Both the position numbers and the translations under genes were made by a program. From assembly GCA_964487115.1 (NCBI GenBank), contig CAZAPD010000078.1, positions 1-12,976 of the forward strand: a DNA stretch of 12,976 bases, given 5' to 3'. This document shows, piece after piece, positions 7,639 to 12,976 of this stretch. The notes beneath the pieces are model-generated. The model was not told where the DNA came from. It worked only from the letters and a program-made list of their open reading frames with translations, and searched no databases. The stretch's first letter is position 1. Each line of letters starts with the position of its first letter. This DNA comes from an uncultured Thermococci archaeon. GTDB taxonomy: Archaea; Methanobacteriota_B; Thermococci; Thermococcales; Thermococcaceae.

Positions 7639-7878
7639 CTAACGGAGTTTCTTGAAATAACTCTTCATTGCAGGCCAATTCAATGCGATATGAACAACAG
7701 ACAAACCAAAGAAAGCAAACCCCAGATATACATGAAGGGCATCTATAAGAGACATCGGAAGAGACACTTTAAAATAAACCAGAATGGGGGCCATCAACAG
7801 GAAAACTCCACTTATCCCTGTAATCAACCAGAGAAAGAAGAGTATCAACGACACCCACATTCTAAGTTTGAAGCTCAT
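7639..7878 (-). CDS. Small two-TM membrane protein, DUF4405-like
   Basis: ITGISG in TM1 and the LHVYLG...VVHIALNW two-His pattern. RBS GGGGTGA overlaps the upstream stop codon. Confidence 0.75.
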   Translation of the reverse strand: MSFKLRMWVSLILFFLWLITGISGVFLLMAPILVYFKVSLPMSLIDALHVYLGFAFFGLSVVHIALNWPAMKSYFKKLR

Positions 7879-7882
7879 TTCA

Positions 7883-8692
7883 TCACCCCTTCATGAAAGT
7901 TTTACCGTTTATTGTTATTTCCTCTGCTCTCCATTCTCCATCTTCAAATACGGCCTTTACCTTTATCCTCTCACCGGCATGAATTAAAGTTAGCATCTCT
8001 CTCCAGTTATAACTGAGGCCATCTGAGGTCGTCCATCTTCCCCTAACTGCAACATGCGTGCCGTTCACAACAAAATATCTACCAGCAGCATTGACCTCTT
8101 CCACGATTCCAGAAATTATCTTTTCAGAGGTATTTGAGATGAGTGTCGGAGTGGAAGTAGATGAGGTGTTATTCAGTTCTGTAGATGATACAGCACCCAC
8201 ATAGAAATATACGGTAACCCTCTCCTCTGTGCCATATGGGCAGTTTGATCCATATTTAAACACCACATCAAGTGTTCCATTACCGAGAACTTTCACTTTA
8301 TACTGTTTAACAGCTGTATAAGGATCCACCAGCTTAGTCTCAGTTTCCTCCACTATCTTGACATTCTTAGCATTTTCAGTAAGAATCTTCCAGTCAGAAT
8401 ATGGGCATGGCTGGGCATGCTTGAATTTTATCGTCACGTTTATTGTAACTTCCTCTCCGGGGTTAGGAACATAAATTTTTGCAGGAGTTACACACAGCAA
8501 ATCCGAGCCTTCATGGGAAGTTACCGAACCAATATAAACAACACCGTTTGTTGTTACACTCTCATTGCTTTTATTTGCTGGGATCGGCTGAATCGAAGTT
8601 TTAGTTAAGTGATCCTCAGCTAACCTGACACTAAAAGGCATCAATATTAATATTGCACAGATTATAAAGGAAATCATTATACGCCGCTCCAT
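7883..8692 (-). CDS. Secreted or membrane-anchored protein: Ig-like beta domain, S/T linker and C-terminal DUF5666-like OB domain
   Basis: Basic plus hydrophobic N-terminus, several N-x-S/T sequons, SSTELNNTSSTSTPT linker, and ISGIVEEV...FVVNG...GERIKVKA...WRAEEI. Confidence 0.7.
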   Translation of the reverse strand: MERRIMISFIICAILILMPFSVRLAEDHLTKTSIQPIPANKSNESVTTNGVVYIGSVTSHEGSDLLCVTPAKIYVPNPGEEVTINVTIKFKHAQPCPYSDWKILTENAKNVKIVEETETKLVDPYTAVKQYKVKVLGNGTLDVVFKYGSNCPYGTEERVTVYFYVGAVSSTELNNTSSTSTPTLISNTSEKIISGIVEEVNAAGRYFVVNGTHVAVRGRWTTSDGLSYNWREMLTLIHAGERIKVKAVFEDGEWRAEEITINGKTFMKG

Positions 8693-8704
8693 GATAGTAA
8701 ATTA

Positions 8705-8716
8705 TTACATATGTAA
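8705..8716. promoter_or_regulatory. Perfect 12-bp palindrome TTACATATGTAA, candidate operator
   Basis: Lies between a TATA-like TATTTAAATA (8719-8728) and ATG 8692 on the minus strand. Confidence 0.4.
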
Positions 8717-8826
8717 GCTATTTAAATATTTCGCATATAAATGCACAACTTTAGGCCTTAAAAGCATTAAGTGAGCAGGAAGCTTTATAAATCAAACTCC
8801 ACCCTCAGTGAGCCTAAGGTGAGAAA

Positions 8827-10077
8827 ATGAGCCAGAGAATAAACGCAAGCCTTCATGCAAAGAAGGTTGCCAACCTCTATCACGGAATGGGCTCGATCAG
8901 GACTCCCCGTTGGTTTTACTCATTCATACCTTTCAAAATAGCAACTGGAGGTAGTTCATTACTCATCCCTCTGTATCTGCTGAGCTTAGGTGGAAGTGCA
9001 AAGGATGCCGGGCTGCTGGTTGCTCTTGCAAGTCTGAGTTCCATGCTTGGAAGCTTGTTCTGGGGAAGATTGAGCGATAGAACACTGAAAAGGAAGCTGT
9101 TCATCTTAATAGGCATTGCCAGCACCTCAGCTTTTCTTCCAGCAATGGCATTTATCAGAACTCCCTTCCAGCTCATGCTTCTGAACGTAGCATATTCATT
9201 CTTCTTGGCTTCCACGATTTCAGTTCCAATAGTACTCGTCCTTAGAAGTGTCAGGAAATACCTCTGGGATTACGGTATAGGGAGGTTCAACCAGATATCA
9301 GGCTGGGCATGGGTTGCCGGATTGGTTCTGGGATTGGGATTGATAAAGAGCATGTCAATCCAGAGTCTCCTGATTCTCTTTGCCCTCATCAACACTCTCT
9401 CACTGGTCTGGGCAGCCAGGACCATAAGAGAGGCTCCAATATATGTGAGCAGAAAAAATATCAGGAACTTTGGAAACCATGTTGTCGAAAAAATGCGCTA
9501 CATGCCGAGCTTTATTTTACACATCCCAACAAAGATGAAAACGCTGGAGCATAGAGCATTCTATCTCTCAGCATTCCTTTTCTGGCTTTCCTCCGGGATA
9601 TACTTCACCCAGTTCCCTGTCTTTATGACCAGAACGGGCATGGACAAAAGCATGATATACCTCGCGGCAGTATTAAACTCCGGAATCTCCGCGTTCATGT
9701 ATCTGCGTGTTGGATTGCTTCTGCAGAAGGGAGATGGCCTCCAGATTTTAAGGAAAGGTCTCATAATGCGGTTGATTGCAGTAGGTATGATGGCTTTTTC
9801 GGCATTGATAAGCCCGCTTCTTGCTCTTCTTTCCTATGCTCTCGCCGGCTACTCATGGTCGCTCATTGGAATTTCCTCAACCTCAATAATCGGAAAGCTT
9901 GCGGGAGAGAGGGAGAAAGGCTCCGCCATGGGGTTTTTAAACCTTGTAAATTCACTTGGATATGTAGCGGGCAGCCTGCTGAGTGGCTTTCTGGTGGACT
10001 ATGGCTTTGCAACCACATTTGCCACCGGAGGTTTCTTCCTTGTGCTGAGTATGAGGGCATTAAAAGACATAAAATGA
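8827..10077 (+). CDS. Major facilitator superfamily transporter
   Basis: About 12 hydrophobic segments, motif A (WGRLSDRTLKRK) and EKGSAMG. TATA TTTATAA at 8784-8790 and RBS AAGGTGA at 8816-8822. Confidence 0.9.
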   Translation: MSQRINASLHAKKVANLYHGMGSIRTPRWFYSFIPFKIATGGSSLLIPLYLLSLGGSAKDAGLLVALASLSSMLGSLFWGRLSDRTLKRKLFILIGIASTSAFLPAMAFIRTPFQLMLLNVAYSFFLASTISVPIVLVLRSVRKYLWDYGIGRFNQISGWAWVAGLVLGLGLIKSMSIQSLLILFALINTLSLVWAARTIREAPIYVSRKNIRNFGNHVVEKMRYMPSFILHIPTKMKTLEHRAFYLSAFLFWLSSGIYFTQFPVFMTRTGMDKSMIYLAAVLNSGISAFMYLRVGLLLQKGDGLQILRKGLIMRLIAVGMMAFSALISPLLALLSYALAGYSWSLIGISSTSIIGKLAGEREKGSAMGFLNLVNSLGYVAGSLLSGFLVDYGFATTFATGGFFLVLSMRALKDIK

Positions 10078-10079
10078 TG

Positions 10080-11405
10080 TCAGAACTTTAGAACTCTCGC
10101 CAGAACAATAAGCGGATCCCACACCGGTGCAAATGGTGGAGCATAGGCTAAATCGGCAAAGAATAAGTCTTTTGTCGTAAAACCAGCTTGTAACGTAATG
10201 GCAAATGCGTCAATTCTCGGAAGTACATCTGATCCAACCGCCTGGAGTCCTAAGAGTTTATCTGTTTCTTTATCTGCCACTGCTTTGAGCCAGATTTTCT
10301 TTCCACCGGGGTAGTAGTGAGGCTTTGTTCTTGCTTCAATGAAACCCGTCTTAACATCATATCCCTCTTTCAATGCCTCGCTTTCAGTTAAACCTGTCTT
10401 CCCGATTTCCAAATCCATGAACTTCGTTATTGATGTCCCTAGAACACCAGGAAAGTGAATTTCATTTCCAGCTATGTTGCTACCTGCAACGTAGCCCATT
10501 TTGTTTCCTGGAGGAGCTAGAGGAACCCAGACTCTTCTCCCAGTAATTATGTGCTTTGTCTCAGCAACGTCTCCAGCCGCATAAACATTCTCAACACTAG
10601 TCTGCATCTTTTCATTCGTCCATATTGCACCAGTTTCTCCAATTCTAACGCCAAGCTGCTTTGCCAGCTCAATGTTCGGCTTTATTCCCGTTGCTATCAC
10701 AACTAAATCAGCCTTGTACTCGTTTGCATCAGTAACGACTTTCTCAACCCTCTCTTTGCCTTCAATTCTTATTGTTAGCTCCTGCAGGCGGAGATTTATG
10801 TGCTCCCTAAGCTTTGCCTCGACGATATCTGTGATTTCTTTGTCATAGCTTTTCCTTAGAACTCTTTCGCTCCTCCCAATGAGCGTTACATTCTTTCCTT
10901 GAGCCGCAAAAGCCTCAGCAATCTCTAATGCTATGTATCCTGTTCCGATAACTACTACATCTTTAACATCATATTTCTGCATATACTCCCTTATCGCAAC
11001 TGCATCGGGAGGCAAATCAGCTGTAAAAACTCCCTCTAAGTCAATTCCTTCAATTGGTGGGAGCTTAGGGGATGCTCCATTGGCAAAAACCAGATAATCC
11101 CACTCGTATTTGTGCTCACCATCTTTTTCTTGAACCCTAACTTGTCCTTGCTCAACTTCCACAACTTTAGCATTTAAGTGCAGATCAATGCCCCTCTTCT
11201 TTATGAAGAACTCTGGAGGATAATGCATCAGCTTTTCTTTTGGGGAAATTCCTTCAACAACATAGGGCACTCCACAAGGAGCGTGGCTCACCCATTCCGT
11301 TGCTTCAAAGACTTTAACATCCCAGTCAGGCTTTAAACGCTTGACCCTTGAAGCAGCACTCATTCCCGCAGCTCCACCACCGATGACAACAACTCTCTTA
11401 CTCAT
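10080..11405 (-). CDS. cdr: CoA-disulfide reductase / CoA-dependent NAD(P)H:sulfur oxidoreductase (NSR)
   Basis: GGGAAG FAD motif, SHAPCG redox Cys, GTGYIA NAD(P)H motif, YAAGD and [13 protein letters not shown]. Closely resembles the Pyrococcus CoADR/NSR sequence as I recall it. Confidence 0.95.
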   Translation of the reverse strand: MSKRVVVIGGGAAGMSAASRVKRLKPDWDVKVFEATEWVSHAPCGVPYVVEGISPKEKLMHYPPEFFIKKRGIDLHLNAKVVEVEQGQVRVQEKDGEHKYEWDYLVFANGASPKLPPIEGIDLEGVFTADLPPDAVAIREYMQKYDVKDVVVIGTGYIALEIAEAFAAQGKNVTLIGRSERVLRKSYDKEITDIVEAKLREHINLRLQELTIRIEGKERVEKVVTDANEYKADLVVIATGIKPNIELAKQLGVRIGETGAIWTNEKMQTSVENVYAAGDVAETKHIITGRRVWVPLAPPGNKMGYVAGSNIAGNEIHFPGVLGTSITKFMDLEIGKTGLTESEALKEGYDVKTGFIEARTKPHYYPGGKKIWLKAVADKETDKLLGLQAVGSDVLPRIDAFAITLQAGFTTKDLFFADLAYAPPFAPVWDPLIVLARVLKF

Positions 11406-11423
11406 TTTTCTTCACCACTAAAG

Positions 11424-11440
11424 GTTCAAAACCAAAGGTT
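11424..11440 (+). promoter_or_regulatory. Long SurR-binding motif overlapping the nsr/cdr TATA and transcription-start region
   Basis: GTTcaaAACcaaagGTT, an exact consensus match, abutting the minus-strand TTTTTTAAA TATA (about 11439-11447). Confidence 0.88.
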
Positions 11441-11472
11441 TAAAAAAGTTGGCGGGCAAAAATGTAGAAAAG

Positions 11473-12540
11473 CTAAAGATTCAGAGGGAACTTAACATAA
11501 TCCAAAACGCTTCCTTTAGCTTTTTTAATCTCAACGTGTTCAACTAAATCCTTAAACTGACCTCCCAAGAGACCATCGCCGATTATTGCACTTCCTTGAG
11601 CGGCTTCCTTAGCTTTCCCTTCTAAGCCTCTTTGCTTAACCACAGGCAAACCGAACTTTTCCTCGAGGAGATCTTTAACATCTTCCCTAAGCTCTTTGAT
11701 GTGCATAAGCCTTCCAGAGAGGATTATCTCCCTCGGCTTTTCAATAATTGTCAATTCACTTGCTATGGCTTTTACAAAGCCGTCTTTCATTGCCTCCCAG
11801 GCTTTTGCAAAGTTTTCCTCATCTAGACGCTTGGCGAACTCTTCTGGAGATAAAATCTCACCAGTTGCTATTATTGAAGCTCCTCCATAGAAGAGGTGCC
11901 ACTTTTTTATCTCACCAATCAAATAAGCAACCTCTCCATCCAAAGCGCCGCTGTTGACAAATGCCGGCCCGGGAAAGATAGTTCCGCCAATTCCATCGAC
12001 TATCTTTCCTTTGTCAACTGCTCCAGCGAAGTTGTAGCCAAAGCCGACCTCAAGCAAAGCGAATGAAACCTCTTCATAGGGAATGCCTAAGCGCTTAGCT
12101 TGGTCGTAGATTGCTAAAACAGTTATTGCCATTTTATCTGCAGTTCCCATGTCAATCTTGTTGTATTTCCTAAATTCGGGCACCGTTGGGAGGTGTATTA
12201 TTCCTGGAATAAACCAAACGTTCATCTCTTTTTCTCTCATCTCATCAACCATCCTCTGGAGACCAATTAAAACAGGAATTTGCTTCATCTCCTCTTCCCT
12301 AACGAGGGTCATCTCAAATCTGTCTTTCTCAGTTAGCCCATTGATGTGCCTCAGCGGAATTCCATAACCAGAAGGCCCAATTATTATGTTAGCTTTAAAC
12401 CCTTCAATGGCTTTTACAATCTTACTTGGCTCTTCAGCTACAACCTCACTTGGAAAGCTTAAGTCGAGCTTTATCTTCTCATTTTCAAGCCCAATAACAT
12501 CAAAGCTCCCTGTTCCAGGATCAACGCCTATAACCCTCAT
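11473..12540 (-). CDS. DUF1464-like ASKHA-fold (butyrate/acetate kinase-related) protein
   Basis: IGVDPGT phosphate-1 motif, PSGYG, DMGTADK, GKIVDGIGG and IILSGRL. ATG 12540 has RBS GGTGA and TATA TTTTATA at 12574-12580. Confidence 0.8.
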   Translation of the reverse strand: MRVIGVDPGTGSFDVIGLENEKIKLDLSFPSEVVAEEPSKIVKAIEGFKANIIIGPSGYGIPLRHINGLTEKDRFEMTLVREEEMKQIPVLIGLQRMVDEMREKEMNVWFIPGIIHLPTVPEFRKYNKIDMGTADKMAITVLAIYDQAKRLGIPYEEVSFALLEVGFGYNFAGAVDKGKIVDGIGGTIFPGPAFVNSGALDGEVAYLIGEIKKWHLFYGGASIIATGEILSPEEFAKRLDEENFAKAWEAMKDGFVKAIASELTIIEKPREIILSGRLMHIKELREDVKDLLEEKFGLPVVKQRGLEGKAKEAAQGSAIIGDGLLGGQFKDLVEHVEIKKAKGSVLDYVKFPLNL

Positions 12541-12550
12541 TTTATCACCC

Positions 12551-12564
12551 AAGAAAAAGAAAAG
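12551..12564 (-). terminator. Possible oligo-T terminator of nmd3
   Basis: Minus strand CTTTTCTTTTTCTT lies about 25 nt after the stop at 12590. It could equally be part of the next gene's leader. Confidence 0.3.
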
Positions 12565-12589
12565 TACAGAAGCTATAAAAGTTGTGAGC

Positions 12590-12976
12590 TCATTCCTTCT
12601 TACCTTCAATGTAATATTTGCCTTTAATTTTTATCAACCTGTAGATTTCACCTTCTTCAAGTTTAAAATTCGGTTTTTCAATTTCAAATGTTTCGTAACT
12701 TTCCATATCCATAAACTGAGCTTCTTTAGGAGTTAAGCTTGTGAGCATTGCCTCCCTTTTTTCATGTTCAACAGTATCCATCCTCTCTCTTCTCACAGTC
12801 CTCCACTCGAAATGTTCAATTTCTTGCGTGGAGAGATTTCTGAGGTTTATCCCCTTACCGCTGACCTCTTCAACTTCGTATATATTCCCTTTTTCATCCC
12901 CCACAATGTCTCCCTTCCGGAATTTCGGCAGACGCACGCTCACGCTTGTTCTGTAAACCTCCTTGCTCGTCTGCCT
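12590..12976 (-). CDS. nmd3: NMD3-family ribosome biogenesis protein, C-terminal part (5' end outside the window)
   Basis: The frame is open to the window edge and reads RQTSKEVYRTSVSVRLPKFRKGDIV...AQFMDMESYETFE, the NMD3 YR..svRLP motif followed by eIF5A-like domains. Confidence 0.85.
   Translation of the reverse strand, partial: RQTSKEVYRTSVSVRLPKFRKGDIVGDEKGNIYEVEEVSGKGINLRNLSTQEIEHFEWRTVRRERMDTVEHEKREAMLTSLTPKEAQFMDMESYETFEIEKPNFKLEEGEIYRLIKIKGKYYIEGKKE

Noticed and set aside
8750..8762. TTTAGGCCTTAAA dyad as another DtxR-like site
   Set aside because: The spacing is wrong (no N4 spacer) and the symmetry is imperfect.
192..12956. Short antisense or alternate-frame ORFs (e.g. 7110-7523, 4539-4853, 12386-12736, 1362-1661, 8916-9215)
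   Set aside because: All overlap well-supported genes and lack recognisable motifs; they are shadow ORFs.
1..12976. cas genes, transposases, integrases, tRNA/rRNA genes
   Set aside because: None were recognised, and the intergenic gaps are short and explained by promoter elements.

Overview
Archaeal chromosomal DNA, almost certainly Thermococcales, judged from the CRISPR repeat type, GGTGA/GGAGG ribosome-binding sites, BRE/TATA promoters and gene content. The window opens on what looks like the last repeat of a CRISPR array; no cas genes are present. Next comes a nickel/hydrogenase-maturation block (FmdE-like gene and nikR, divergent from hypA, ATPase-type hypB and hycI). It is followed by a HerA/VirB4-like protein with an apparently degraded Walker A motif, an ATP-NAD kinase-family gene tightly linked to a K+ channel-family gene with a large N-terminal extension, a radical SAM gene, a DUF4405-like/DUF5666-like membrane-surface pair, an MFS transporter, CoA-dependent NAD(P)H sulfur oxidoreductase (nsr/cdr), a DUF1464-like ASKHA protein and the 3' end of nmd3. 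The most informative signals are non-coding. There are two perfect long SurR motifs (GTT-N3-AAC-N5-GTT): one in activator position upstream of the FmdE-like gene and one in repressor position over the nsr promoter. There is also a DtxR-like TTAGG-N4-CCTAA palindrome before the radical SAM gene and an unassigned 12-bp perfect palindrome before the surface-protein gene. All family assignments come from motif recognition by eye, not database searches.
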